Source: Escherichia phage ev243. From it: a stretch of 45,560 nt of DNA. Where the stretch lies: sequence record NC_049955.1; one strand, written 5' to 3'. Below are positions 33,668-43,526 of the stretch, piece by piece. The notes under the pieces are model-generated. The model did no database searches, was not told the origin of the DNA, and worked only from the letters and a program-made list of their open reading frames with translations. Position numbers and translations under genes: made by a program. The stretch's first letter is position 1, and each line of letters starts with the position of its first letter.

Positions 33668-33698
33668 GCCCTTCTTCAGGGCTAAATTTTTAAGAGCC
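33668..33698 (-). promoter_or_regulatory. nutL (boxA-like plus boxB hairpin)
   Basis: Minus-strand GCTCTTA...GCCCTGAAGAAGGGC; boxB stem-loop at 33668-33682. Confidence 0.85.
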
Positions 33699-33724
33699 TC
33701 ACCTTCAATGGTGGTCAGTGCGTC

Positions 33725-33801
33725 CTGCTGATGTGCTCAGTATCACCGCCAGTGGTATTTATGTCAACACCGCCAGAGATAATTTATCACCGCAGATGGT
33801 T
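33725..33801 (-). promoter_or_regulatory. pL promoter with oL1-oL2-oL3 operators (lambda immunity specificity)
   Basis: 17-mers tatcaccgccagtggta, caacaccgccagagata, tatcaccgcagatggtt; minus-strand -35 TTGACA and -10 GATACT. Confidence 0.9.
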
Positions 33802-33974
33802 ATCTGTATGTTTTTTATATGAATTTATTTTTTGCAGGGGGGCATTGTTTGGTAGGTGAGAGATCTGAATTGCTATGTTTAGTGAGTTGTATCTATTTAT
33901 TTTTCAATAAATACAATTGGTTATGTGTTTTGGGGGCGATCGTGAGGCAAAGAAAACCCGGCGCTGAGGCCGGG

Positions 33975-34409
33975 TTATTCTTGTTCTCTGGTCAAATTAT
34001 ATAGTTGGAAAACAAGGATGCATATATGAATGAACGATGCAGAGGCAATGCCGATGGCGATAGTGGGTATCATGTAGCCGCTTATGCTGGAAAGAAGCAA
34101 TAACCCGCAGAAAAACAAAGCTCCAAGCTCAACAAAACTAAGGGCATAGACAATAACTACCGATGTCATATACCCATACTCTCTAATCTTGGCCAGTCGG
34201 CGCGTTCTGCTTCCGATTAGAAACGTCAAGGCAGCAATCAGGATTGCAATCATGGTTCCTGCATATGATGACAATGTCGCCCCAAGACCATCTCTATGAG
34301 CTGAAAAAGAAACACCAGGAATGTAGTGGCGGAAAAGGAGATAGCAAATGCTTACGATAACGTAAGGAATTATTACTATGTAAACACCAGGCATGATTCT
34401 GTTCCGCAT
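33975..34409 (-). CDS. rexB: RexB (membrane component of Rex exclusion)
   Basis: 144 aa; MRNRIMPGVYIVIIPYVIVSICYLLFRHYIPG... lambda RexB-like. Confidence 0.95.
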   Translation of the reverse strand: MRNRIMPGVYIVIIPYVIVSICYLLFRHYIPGVSFSAHRDGLGATLSSYAGTMIAILIAALTFLIGSRTRRLAKIREYGYMTSVVIVYALSFVELGALFFCGLLLLSSISGYMIPTIAIGIASASFIHICILVFQLYNLTREQE

Positions 34410-34424
34410 AATTACTCCTGATAA

Positions 34425-35264
34425 TTAATCCTTAACTTTGCCCACCTGCCTTTTAAAACATTCCAGTATATCACTTTTCATTCTTGCGTAGCAATATGCC
34501 ATCTCTTCAGCTATCTCAGCATTGGTGACCTTGTTCAGAGGCGCTGAGAGATGGCCTTTTTCTGATAGATAATGTTCTGTTAAAATATCTCCGGCCTCAT
34601 CTTTTGCCCGCAGGCTAATGTCTGAAAATTGAGGTGACGGGTTAAAAATAATATCCTTGGCAACCTTTTTTATATCCCTTTTAAATTTTGGCTTAATGAC
34701 TATATCCAATGAGTCAAAAAGCTCCCCTTCAATATCTGTTGCCCCTAAGACCTTTAATATATCGCCAAATACAGGTAGCTTGGCTTCTACCTTCACCGTT
34801 GTTCGGCCGATGAAATGCATATGCATAACATCGTCTTTGGTGGTTCCCCTCATCAGTGGCTCTATCTGAACGCGCTCTCCACTGCTTAATGACATTCCTT
34901 TCCCGATTAAAAAATCTGTCAGATCGGATGTGGTCGGCCCGAAAACAGTTCTGGCAAAACCAATGGTGTCGCCTTCAACAAACAAAAAAGATGGGAATCC
35001 CAATGATTCGTCATCTGCGAGGCTGTTCTTAATATCTTCAACTGAAGCTTTAGAGCGATTTATCTTCTGAACCAGACTCTTGTCATTTGTTTTGGTAAAG
35101 AGAAAAGTTTTTCCATCGATTTTATGAATATACAAATAATTGGAGCCAACCTGCAGGTGATGATTATCAGCCAGCAGAGAATTAAGGAAAACAGACAGGT
35201 TTATTGAGCGCTTATCTTTCCCTTTATTTTTGCTGCGGTAAGTCGCATAAAAACCATTCTTCAT
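34425..35264 (-). CDS. rexA: RexA (Rex exclusion sensor)
   Basis: 279 aa; MKNGFYATYRSKNKGKDKRSINLSVFLNSLLADNHHLQVGSNYLYIHKIDGKTF... lambda RexA-like. Confidence 0.95.
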   Translation of the reverse strand: MKNGFYATYRSKNKGKDKRSINLSVFLNSLLADNHHLQVGSNYLYIHKIDGKTFLFTKTNDKSLVQKINRSKASVEDIKNSLADDESLGFPSFLFVEGDTIGFARTVFGPTTSDLTDFLIGKGMSLSSGERVQIEPLMRGTTKDDVMHMHFIGRTTVKVEAKLPVFGDILKVLGATDIEGELFDSLDIVIKPKFKRDIKKVAKDIIFNPSPQFSDISLRAKDEAGDILTEHYLSEKGHLSAPLNKVTNAEIAEEMAYCYARMKSDILECFKRQVGKVKD

Positions 35265-35376
35265 AATTCAATCCATTTACTATGTTATGTTCTGAGGGGA
35301 GTGAAAATTCCCCTAATTCGATGAAGATTCTTGCTCAATTGTTATCAGCTATGCGCCGACCAGAACACCTTGCCGA

Positions 35377-36093
<717 letters not shown>

Positions 36094-36094
36094 T

Positions 36095-36391
<297 letters not shown>

Positions 36392-36398
36392 ATAACCC

Positions 36399-36430
36399 CG
36401 CTCTTACACATTCCAGCCCTGAAAAAGGGC
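36399..36430 (+). promoter_or_regulatory. nutR (boxA plus boxB)
   Basis: cgctctta...gccctgaaaaagggc directly downstream of cro. Confidence 0.85.
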
Positions 36431-36509
36431 ATCAAATTAAACCACACCTATGGTGTATGCATTTATTTGCATACATTCAATCAATTGTTATCTAAGGAAA
36501 TACTTACAT

Positions 36510-36803
36510 ATGGTTCGTGCAAACAAACGCAACGAGGCTCTACGAATCGAGAGTGCGTTGCTTAACAAAATCGCAATGCTTGGAACTGAGAAGACAGCGG
36601 AAGCTGTGGGCGTTGATAAGTCGCAGATCAGCAGGTGGAAGAGGGACTGGATTCCAAAGTTCTCAATGCTGCTTGCTGTTCTTGAATGGGGGGTCGTTGA
36701 CGACGACATGGCTCGATTGGCGCGACAAGTTGCTGCGATTCTCACCAATAAAAAACGCCCGGCGGCAACCGAGCGTTCTGAACAAATCCAGATGGAGTTC
36801 TGA
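36510..36803 (+). CDS. cII: cII transcriptional activator
   Basis: 97 aa from MVRANKRNEALRIESALLNKIAMLGTEKTAEAVGVDKSQISRWKRDWIPKF... Confidence 0.95.
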   Translation: MVRANKRNEALRIESALLNKIAMLGTEKTAEAVGVDKSQISRWKRDWIPKFSMLLAVLEWGVVDDDMARLARQVAAILTNKKRPAATERSEQIQMEF

Positions 36804-36835
36804 GGTCATTACTGGATCTATCAACAGGAGTCATT

Positions 36836-37735
36836 ATGACAAATACAGCAAAAATACTCAACTTCGGCAGAAGTAACTTTGCCGGACAGGAGCGTAATGT
36901 GGCAGATCTCGATGATGGTTACGCCAGACTATCAAATATGCTGCTTGAGGCTTATTCGGGCGCAGATCTGACCAAGCGACAGTTTAAAGTGCTGCTTGCC
37001 ATTCTGCGTAAAACCTATGGGTGGAATAAACCAATGGACAGAATCACCGATTCTCAACTTAGCGAGATTACAAAGTTACCTGTCAAACGGTGCAATGAAG
37101 CCAAGTTAGAACTCGTCAGAATGAATATTATCAAGCAGCAAGGCGGCATGTTTGGACCAAACAAAAACATCTCAGAATGGTGCATCCCTCAAAACGAGGG
37201 AAAATCCCCTAAAACGAGGGATAAAACATCCCTCAAATTGGGGGATTGCTATCCCTCAAAACAGGGGGACACAAAAGACACTATTACAAAAGAAAAAAGA
37301 AAAGATTATTCGTCCGAGAATTCTGGCGAATCCTCTGACCAGCCAGAAAACGATCTTTCTGTGGTTAAACCGGATGCTGCAATTCAGAGCGGCAGTAAGT
37401 GGGGAACAGCAGAAGACCTGACCGCCGCAGAGTGGATGTTTGACATGGTGAAGACCATCGCGCCATCAGCCAGAAAACCGAATTTTGCTGGGTGGGCTAA
37501 CGATATCCGCCTGATGCGTGAACGTGACGGACGTAACCACCGCGATATGTGTGTGCTTTTCCGCTGGGCCTGCCAGGACAACTTCTGGTCCGGTAACGTG
37601 CTGAGTCCGGCCAAACTCCGCGACAAGTGGACCCAGCTCGAAATCAACCGTAACAAGCAACAGGCTGGCGTGACAGCCGGAAAACCAAAACTCGACCTGA
37701 CAAACACTGACTGGATTTACGGGGTGGATCTATGA
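36836..37735 (+). CDS. O: Replication initiator O
   Basis: 299 aa lambda gpO-like; contains the ori iterons. Confidence 0.95.
   Translation: MTNTAKILNFGRSNFAGQERNVADLDDGYARLSNMLLEAYSGADLTKRQFKVLLAILRKTYGWNKPMDRITDSQLSEITKLPVKRCNEAKLELVRMNIIKQQGGMFGPNKNISEWCIPQNEGKSPKTRDKTSLKLGDCYPSKQGDTKDTITKEKRKDYSSENSGESSDQPENDLSVVKPDAAIQSGSKWGTAEDLTAAEWMFDMVKTIAPSARKPNFAGWANDIRLMRERDGRNHRDMCVLFRWACQDNFWSGNVLSPAKLRDKWTQLEINRNKQQAGVTAGKPKLDLTNTDWIYGVDL
37184..37310. repeat. Replication origin inside O: four iterons plus AT-rich region
   Basis: Four direct repeats of the tccctcaaaacgaggg type followed by the A-rich tract acaaaagaaaaaagaaaag. Confidence 0.85.
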
Positions 37736-38433
37736 AAAACATCGCCGCACAGATGGTTAACTTTGACCGTGAGCAGATGCGTCGGATCGCCAACAACATG
37801 CCGGAACAGTACGACGAAAAGCCACAGGTACAGCAGGTAGCGCAGATCATCAACGGTGTGTTCAGCCAGTTACTGGCAACTTTCCCGGCGAGTCTGGCTA
37901 ACCGTGACCAGAACGAACTGAACGAAATCCGCCGCCAGTGGGTTCTGGCTTTCCGGGAAAACGGGATCACCACAATGGAACAGGTTAACGCAGGAATGCG
38001 CGTAGCCCGTCGGCAAAATCGACCATTTCTGCCATCACCCGGGCAGTTTGTTGCATGGTGCCGGGAAGAAGCATCCGTTATCGCCGGACTGCCAAACGTC
38101 AGCGAGCTGGTTGATATGGTTTACGAGTATTGCCGGAAGCGAGGCCTGTATCCGGATGCGGAGTCTTATCCGTGGAAATCAAACGCGCACTACTGGCTGG
38201 TTACCAACCTGTATCAGAACATGCGGGCCAATGCGCTTACTGATGCGGAATTACGGCGCAAGGCTGCCGATGAACTGACCTGTATGACAGCGCGAATTAA
38301 CCGTGGTGAGACGATACCTGAACCAGTAAAACAACTTCCTGTTATGGGCGGTAGACCTCTAAATCGTGCACAGGCTCTGGCGAAGATCGCAGAAATTAAA
38401 GCTAAGTTCGGACTGAAAGGAGCAAGTGTATGA
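37732..38433 (+). CDS. P: Replication protein P (DnaB helicase loader)
   Basis: 233 aa lambda gpP-like; ATGA overlap with O. Confidence 0.95.
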   Translation: MKNIAAQMVNFDREQMRRIANNMPEQYDEKPQVQQVAQIINGVFSQLLATFPASLANRDQNELNEIRRQWVLAFRENGITTMEQVNAGMRVARRQNRPFLPSPGQFVAWCREEASVIAGLPNVSELVDMVYEYCRKRGLYPDAESYPWKSNAHYWLVTNLYQNMRANALTDAELRRKAADELTCMTARINRGETIPEPVKQLPVMGGRPLNRAQALAKIAEIKAKFGLKGASV

Positions 38434-38720
38434 CGGGCAAAGAGGCAATTATTCATTACCTGGGGACGCATAATAGCTTCTGTGCGCCGGACGTTGCCGC
38501 GCTAACAGGCGCAACAGTAACCAGCATAAATCAGGCCGCGGCTAAAATGGCACGGGCAGGTCTTCTGGTTATCGAAGGTAAGGTCTGGCGAACGGTGTAT
38601 TACCGGTTTGCTACCAGGGAAGAACGGGAAGGAAAGATGAGCACGAACCTGATTTTTAAGGAGTGTCGCCAGAGTGCCGCGATGAAACGGGTATTGGCGG
38701 TATATGGAGTTAAAAGATGA
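38430..38720 (+). CDS. ren: Ren (Rex exclusion escape)
   Basis: 96 aa; MTGKEAIIHYLGTHNSFCAPDVAALTGATVTSINQAAAKMARAGLLVIEGKVWRTVYYRFATREERE... Confidence 0.9.
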   Translation: MTGKEAIIHYLGTHNSFCAPDVAALTGATVTSINQAAAKMARAGLLVIEGKVWRTVYYRFATREEREGKMSTNLIFKECRQSAAMKRVLAVYGVKR

Positions 38721-38793
38721 CCATCTACATTACTGAGCTAATAACAGGCCTGCTGGTAATCGCAGGCCTTTTTATTTGGGGGAGAGGGAAGTC

Positions 38794-39234
38794 ATGAAAA
38801 AACTAACCTTTGAAATTCGATCTCCAGCACATCAGCAAAACGCTATTCACGCAGTACAGCAAATCCTTCCAGACCCAACCAAACCAATCGTAGTAACCAT
38901 TCAGGAACGCAACCGCAGCTTAGACCAAAACAGGAAGCTATGGGCCTGCTTAGGTGACGTCTCTCGTCAGGTTGAATGGCATGGTCGCTGGCTGGATGCA
39001 GAAAGCTGGAAGTGTGTGTTTACCGCAGCATTAAAGCAGCAGGATGTTGTTCCTAACCTTGCCGGGAATGGCTTTGTGGTAATAGGCCAGTCAACCAGCA
39101 GGATGCGTGTAGGCGAATTTGCGGAGCTATTAGAGCTTATACAGGCATTCGGTACAGAGCGTGGCGTTAAGTGGTCAGACGAAGCGAGACTGGCTCTGGA
39201 GTGGAAAGCGAGATGGGGAGATCGGGCTGCATGA
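38794..39234 (+). CDS. ninB: NinB (Orf recombination mediator family)
   Basis: MKKLTFEIRSPAHQQNAIHAVQQILPDPTKPIVVTIQERNRSLDQNRKLW... lambda NinB-like. Confidence 0.9.
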   Translation: MKKLTFEIRSPAHQQNAIHAVQQILPDPTKPIVVTIQERNRSLDQNRKLWACLGDVSRQVEWHGRWLDAESWKCVFTAALKQQDVVPNLAGNGFVVIGQSTSRMRVGEFAELLELIQAFGTERGVKWSDEARLALEWKARWGDRAA

Positions 39235-39758
39235 CTATCAAATCAAATACGCCAGCACACGACAAGGACTGCTGGCAAACGCCGCTTTGGCTTTTTGATG
39301 CACTGGATATTGAGTTTGGATTCTGGCTGGATTCGGCAGCGAGCGACAAAAATGCTCTGTGTGCTCACTGGCTAACTGAGGCCGACGACGCGCTCAATTC
39401 TGAGTGGGTAAGCCACGGTGCAATCTGGAATAACCCACCGTACAGCAATATCAGGCCGTGGGTGGAAAAAGCCGCTGAGCAGTGCATACAACAGCGACAG
39501 ACGGTAGTTATGCTTGTGCCAGAGGATATGTCAGTCGGATGGTTCAGCAAGGCTCTGGAGAGTGTCGACGAAGTTCGCATTATCACTGATGGACGGATTA
39601 ATTTTATCGAACCATCGACAGGGCTGGAGAAGAAGGGAAACAGCAAAGGCTCCATGCTGCTGATTTGGCGACCGTTCATCAGTCCTCGACGGATGTTTAC
39701 TACCGTATCCAAAGCGGCATTGATGGCGATCGGGCAGGGCGTCAGGAGGGCGGCATGA
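39231..39758 (+). CDS. Orphan DNA N6-adenine methyltransferase (phage Dam-family)
   Basis: About 175 aa from [26 protein letters not shown]...; catalytic NPPY motif (WNNPPYSN); ATGA-coupled to ninB and ninE. Confidence 0.75.
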   Translation: MTIKSNTPAHDKDCWQTPLWLFDALDIEFGFWLDSAASDKNALCAHWLTEADDALNSEWVSHGAIWNNPPYSNIRPWVEKAAEQCIQQRQTVVMLVPEDMSVGWFSKALESVDEVRIITDGRINFIEPSTGLEKKGNSKGSMLLIWRPFISPRRMFTTVSKAALMAIGQGVRRAA

Positions 39759-39931
39759 GGCGACAGCGACGAAGTTTCACCGACATCATCTGCGAAAACT
39801 GCAAATACCTTCCAACGAAACGCTCCAGAAATAAACGCAAGCCAATCCCAAAAGAATCTGACGTAAAAACCTTCAATTACACAGCTCACCTGTGGGATAT
39901 CCGGTGGCTAAGATATCGTGCGAGGAAATGA
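39755..39931 (+). CDS. ninE: NinE
   Basis: [58 protein letters not shown]. Confidence 0.85.
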   Translation: MRRQRRSFTDIICENCKYLPTKRSRNKRKPIPKESDVKTFNYTAHLWDIRWLRYRARK

Positions 39932-40275
39932 CAATGGATTATTCACAGTTAAGTGATTTTGAAATTAACAGAATGGTAGGAGACATAATTTTTAAAGGCC
40001 TTTGGGCAAGTAAACCGGAAACATCAGGGAATAACACCAACAAATGGTATTACGGAAATGCTGATACAACTTTTGAGCCATTAAATCATTTGCCTGACTA
40101 CTGCAATGATCCGAGCGCTTCATGGCCGATTATTGAGAAATACAGGATTTCTATCTTAGACCAGTTAACTGAATGGTGTGTGGATGCAAAAGGCGTAAGC
40201 CCAATATTTGATACCAGACCTCTCCGCGCCGCCATGATTGTCTTTCTCCTGATGCAGGAGGCCAATAATGCTTAG
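39928..40275 (+). CDS. Hypothetical nin-region protein
   Basis: 115 aa from [31 protein letters not shown]...; ATGA-coupled to ninE. Confidence 0.5.
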   Translation: MTMDYSQLSDFEINRMVGDIIFKGLWASKPETSGNNTNKWYYGNADTTFEPLNHLPDYCNDPSASWPIIEKYRISILDQLTEWCVDAKGVSPIFDTRPLRAAMIVFLLMQEANNA

Positions 40276-40356
40276 CCCATCTCAATCCCTTCAATACCTG
40301 AAAGGAAGCATAGAGCGGGCTTCAATGTGCACAGAGTGGATTCTATCTAGGTTTAG

Positions 40357-40485
40357 CGCATACAGAAGATTGCCGGTAAAGGGCATGCCAAGCAAGTCGA
40401 TGCTGCATATGCAAAAGAATGCGCGCTGGAAGGTATGGCGAGAACACAGGTTATCTGGCTGAAAGAGGGGGTTATTAAGGCGTGA
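40357..40485 (+). pseudogene. 3' remnant of a ybcO-like gene (C-terminal about 42 codons only)
   Basis: Hand translation gives ...[42 protein letters not shown] with in-frame stops just upstream; its stop overlaps the rusA GTG start. Confidence 0.5.
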
Positions 40486-40844
40486 ATACCTACAGCATCA
40501 CATTACCTTGGCCTCCGAGCAATAATCGCTATTACCGCCATAATCGCGGACGCACGCACATCAGCGCAGAGGGGCAGGCATACCGCGATAACGTCGCCCG
40601 AATCATTAAAAACGCAATGCTAGATATCGGCCTGGCTATGCCTGTGAAAATCCGCATTGAGTGCCACATGCCGGATCGCCGTCGCCGTGACCTGGATAAT
40701 CTGCAAAAAGCCGCTTTTGACGCACTCACTAAAGCAGGTTTCTGGCTGGATGATGCTCAGGTCGTTGATTACCGCGTTGTGAAGATGCCTGTTACCAAAG
40801 GTGGGAGGCTGGAACTGACCATCACCGAAATGGGGAATGAATGA
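40482..40844 (+). CDS. rusA: RusA Holliday junction resolvase (GTG start)
   Basis: 120 aa; [46 protein letters not shown]... E. coli RusA-like. Confidence 0.95.
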   Translation: MNTYSITLPWPPSNNRYYRHNRGRTHISAEGQAYRDNVARIIKNAMLDIGLAMPVKIRIECHMPDRRRRDLDNLQKAAFDALTKAGFWLDDAQVVDYRVVKMPVTKGGRLELTITEMGNE

Positions 40845-40981
40845 TGTTTGAGTTTAATATGGCAGAACTTCTTCGCCACCGCTGGGGGCGTCTGCGCTTA
40901 TATCGTTTCCCCGGTTCTGTTTTGACCGATTACCGAATACTGAAGAATTACGCCAAAACACTGACAGGAGCAGGAGTATGA
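40841..40981 (+). CDS. ylcG: YlcG-like small protein
   Basis: Hand-translated 46 aa [50 protein letters not shown]-coupled to rusA. Confidence 0.7.
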   Translation: MMFEFNMAELLRHRWGRLRLYRFPGSVLTDYRILKNYAKTLTGAGV

Positions 40982-41066
40982 AGTCAGAGATAACAATCAA
41001 CTAATACTGTTTTGTTGATTTTTGCTTGTAATTGGCGTTCTGGTCTGAGTTTTGTGGAGTAAGTTG

Positions 41067-41450
41067 ATGCGTGATATTCAGATGGTTCTTGAGCGTTGGG
41101 GAGCGTGGGCGGCTAATAATCATGAAGATGTGACCTGGTCGTCCATTGCCGCCGGTTTTAAGGGATTAATTCCTTCAAAAGTAAAATCTCGCCCGCAATG
41201 TTGTGACGATGACGCGATGATCATTTGCGGGTGCATGGCCCGTCTGAAAAAGAACAACAGCGATTTGCACGATTTATTAGTAGATTATTATGTAGTCGGT
41301 ATGACATTCATGTCACTGGCAGGTAAGCATTGCTGCTCTGATGGTTATATCGGGAAAAGGTTACAAAAGGCTGAGGGCATAATTGAAGGGATGTTAATGG
41401 CATTAGATATCCGGTTAGAGATGGATATCGTTGTTAATAACTCTAATTAA
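41067..41450 (+). CDS. Q: Late antiterminator Q (DLP12 QuuD / phage 82-type)
   Basis: [60 protein letters not shown]...; alternative TTG start at 41052. Confidence 0.85.
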   Translation: MRDIQMVLERWGAWAANNHEDVTWSSIAAGFKGLIPSKVKSRPQCCDDDAMIICGCMARLKKNNSDLHDLLVDYYVVGMTFMSLAGKHCCSDGYIGKRLQKAEGIIEGMLMALDIRLEMDIVVNNSN

Positions 41451-41471
41451 TACGCCAATTATTTACTAAAA

Positions 41472-41620
41472 GTTATTAAAAATGGGGCGTTGAAACGCCC
41501 CCAAAAATAAAGGGTAATATATAACAGAAGGTTTGTATAGTTAGAAGCAAGGTTGTGCTTCTAAAGGAAGTGGCTTGAGGGAGCCACTTATATGTTGGGG
41601 AGGCAAAGCCTCCCACAACA
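41472..41620. promoter_or_regulatory. Hairpin-dense Q-porin intergenic region: minus-strand terminator and structured RNA downstream of the porin gene; probable pR'/qut on the plus strand
   Basis: Hairpins at about 41484-41501 (ggggcgttgaaacgcccc, T-run on the minus strand), 41543-41562, 41568-41589 and 41592-41620. Confidence 0.5.
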
Positions 41621-41638
41621 TATCTTTTAGTAATCAAA

Positions 41639-42721
41639 TTAGAACTGGTAAACCATACCTACAGCAACGATATCATCGGTAGCAACGCCAGATGCTTTCG
41701 TGAAATCGCTCTTATCAATCAGGTTGATTTTGTAGTCAACAAAAGTGGACATATTTTTGTTGAAGTAATAGGTTGCACCTACATCAACATATTCAACCAG
41801 GTCCTGATCACCCCAAACACCCAAGTCTTTTCCTTTAGAATGCAGGTAAGCAACGGATGGACGCAGGCCGAAGTCGAACTGATATTGTGCAACAGCTTCG
41901 AAGTTTTGTGCTTTGTTGGCAATATGGTTATTACCAAAAACAGTCATGTTCTGGGTTTCAGAATAGGTGGTGGCCAGATAGATGTTGTTCGCATCATATT
42001 TCAGACCAGCTGCCCATACTTCAGCATTTTGACCAGAAGCATTCAGACCGTTGTTACCGTAGATAACCTGATTATTAGTGCGATCAGATTTAGCATAGGT
42101 TGCACCCACGCCGAATCCTTCATACTCATAAGTAGTTGAGAAACCGAAACCATCGCCATTAGCTTCAGTTACTTCATTTCGGTCATTTTTGCCCTGATAC
42201 TGAGCTGCAAAGTTCAGGCCATCAACCAGACCAAAGAAGTCGTTGTTACGATAAGTTGCAACACCTGTGGTGCGACCAGTCATGAATACATCTGTTTGGG
42301 TCCAGGTATCGCCACCGAATTCTGGCAGAACGTCGGTCCATGCACCAATATCGTATGCTACACCGTAGTTACGGCCATAATCGATGGAGCCGTAGTCACC
42401 GAATTTCAGGCCAGCGAAGGCAAGACGGGTTTTATCTTTGGAGGAACCTTGAGATTCAGCGCGGTTGCCTTTGAATTCATATTCCCACTGACCGAAACCA
42501 GTCAGTTGATCGTTGATTTGGGTTTCACCTTTGAAGCCAAGACGGGCATAAGTAGTATCACCATCATCTGCATCATTAGAGGAGAAGTAGTGCTTAGCAT
42601 TAACTTTCCCGTACAGATCCAGCTTGTTACTGTCTTTATTATAAATTTCAGCTGCCTGAGCAGACATCGCCATCAGTACTGATGCAGCTACAGCAGAAAT
42701 TGCCACTGTTAATTTTTTCAT
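41639..42721 (-). CDS. nmpC: OmpC/OmpF/PhoE-family general porin (NmpC/Lc-like), antisense to the late operon
   Basis: 360 aa; signal peptide [23 protein letters not shown] then [17 protein letters not shown]...; C-terminal ...VGMVYQF. Confidence 0.9.
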   Translation of the reverse strand: MKKLTVAISAVAASVLMAMSAQAAEIYNKDSNKLDLYGKVNAKHYFSSNDADDGDTTYARLGFKGETQINDQLTGFGQWEYEFKGNRAESQGSSKDKTRLAFAGLKFGDYGSIDYGRNYGVAYDIGAWTDVLPEFGGDTWTQTDVFMTGRTTGVATYRNNDFFGLVDGLNFAAQYQGKNDRNEVTEANGDGFGFSTTYEYEGFGVGATYAKSDRTNNQVIYGNNGLNASGQNAEVWAAGLKYDANNIYLATTYSETQNMTVFGNNHIANKAQNFEAVAQYQFDFGLRPSVAYLHSKGKDLGVWGDQDLVEYVDVGATYYFNKNMSTFVDYKINLIDKSDFTKASGVATDDIVAVGMVYQF

Positions 42722-43148
42722 CGTGAGCCCTTTTTTTTGAACTATTATTAAAAAATGATGTCACTGCGCGATAAATATTCATCTAATCAATGTGATTATT
42801 TCAAGATGTAAGTTTTGGTTTCTCGTTTAATTTGTGAAGTAGATCTCTATTTTTATCTGAACTTTTTTCTATCGAATCCTATTCATGGCTCTTGGCTGAA
42901 TAAAAATAAATCTATTAGCCAATTTATATTAATGGCTGTTATTTATAAGTGCTCTATAATTTGAAGGTTCAATTTAAATTGGCTAAAAATAACGCTGGAA
43001 ATTATTTGTTGGTTATTTGTTGAGATTTGCTTATGTATTTGTAGTGGTGTTTTCAATACTCGGTAGCATTCTCGCAAATATCATTTAGTGGTTTACGTAC
43101 GTAAAAAATTGGTTATGCTGTTAAGAGTGGTTACTTCGTCACACAGCT

Positions 43149-43182
43149 TAAACCCGCCGTCGAGCGGGTTTTTCCATTTTTT
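43149..43182 (+). terminator. Rho-independent terminator upstream of the lysis cassette
   Basis: aacccgc-cgtcga-gcgggtt followed by tttttccatttttt. Confidence 0.6.
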
Positions 43183-43310
43183 GAGTCTCGATATTAGCTG
43201 ATAACCCAATACCTGAGTTATTCACTGACTCCGAGTCTGTTACGTTTCTGCTTTTTTGCGATACGTTGTATTCCCTCAATTTACACCCGCTTTGTCTGCG
43301 AGGTGGGGTT

Positions 43311-43526
43311 ATGAAATCCATGGATAAGTTAACAACGGGTGTCGCCTATGGCACCTCAGCAGGTAGTGCCGGTTACTGGTTTTTACAGCTGCTCGATAAA
43401 GTCACGCCCTCACAGTGGGCAGCAATAGGTGTGCTGGGTAGCCTGGTATTTGGCCTGCTGACGTACCTGACAAACCTTTATTTCAAGATTAAAGAAGATA
43501 AGCGCAAGGCTGCGAGAGGTGAATAA
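43311..43526 (+). CDS. S: Pinholin (phage 21 S21-type class II holin) with dual-start motif MKSM
   Basis: 71 aa; [73 protein letters not shown] gaggtgggg upstream. Confidence 0.9.

Noticed and set aside
33819..34004. 61-aa plus-strand ORF between oL and rexB
   Set aside because: Antisense to the pRM/pL-transcribed region and overlapping the rexB 3' end; no support.
37184..37270. Direct repeats that might suggest a CRISPR-like or satellite array
   Set aside because: They are the four ori iterons inside O; no spacer-repeat architecture exists anywhere in the window.
40268..40462. 64-aa ORF between the nin-region hypothetical and rusA
   Set aside because: Overlaps the ybcO-like remnant in another frame and has no coupling or SD evidence; more likely a by-product of the recombination scar.
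41639..42721. IS insertion in the porin gene, as in K-12 nmpC
   Set aside because: The ORF is continuous from signal peptide to the C-terminal ...VYQF with no inverted repeats or transposase ORF.
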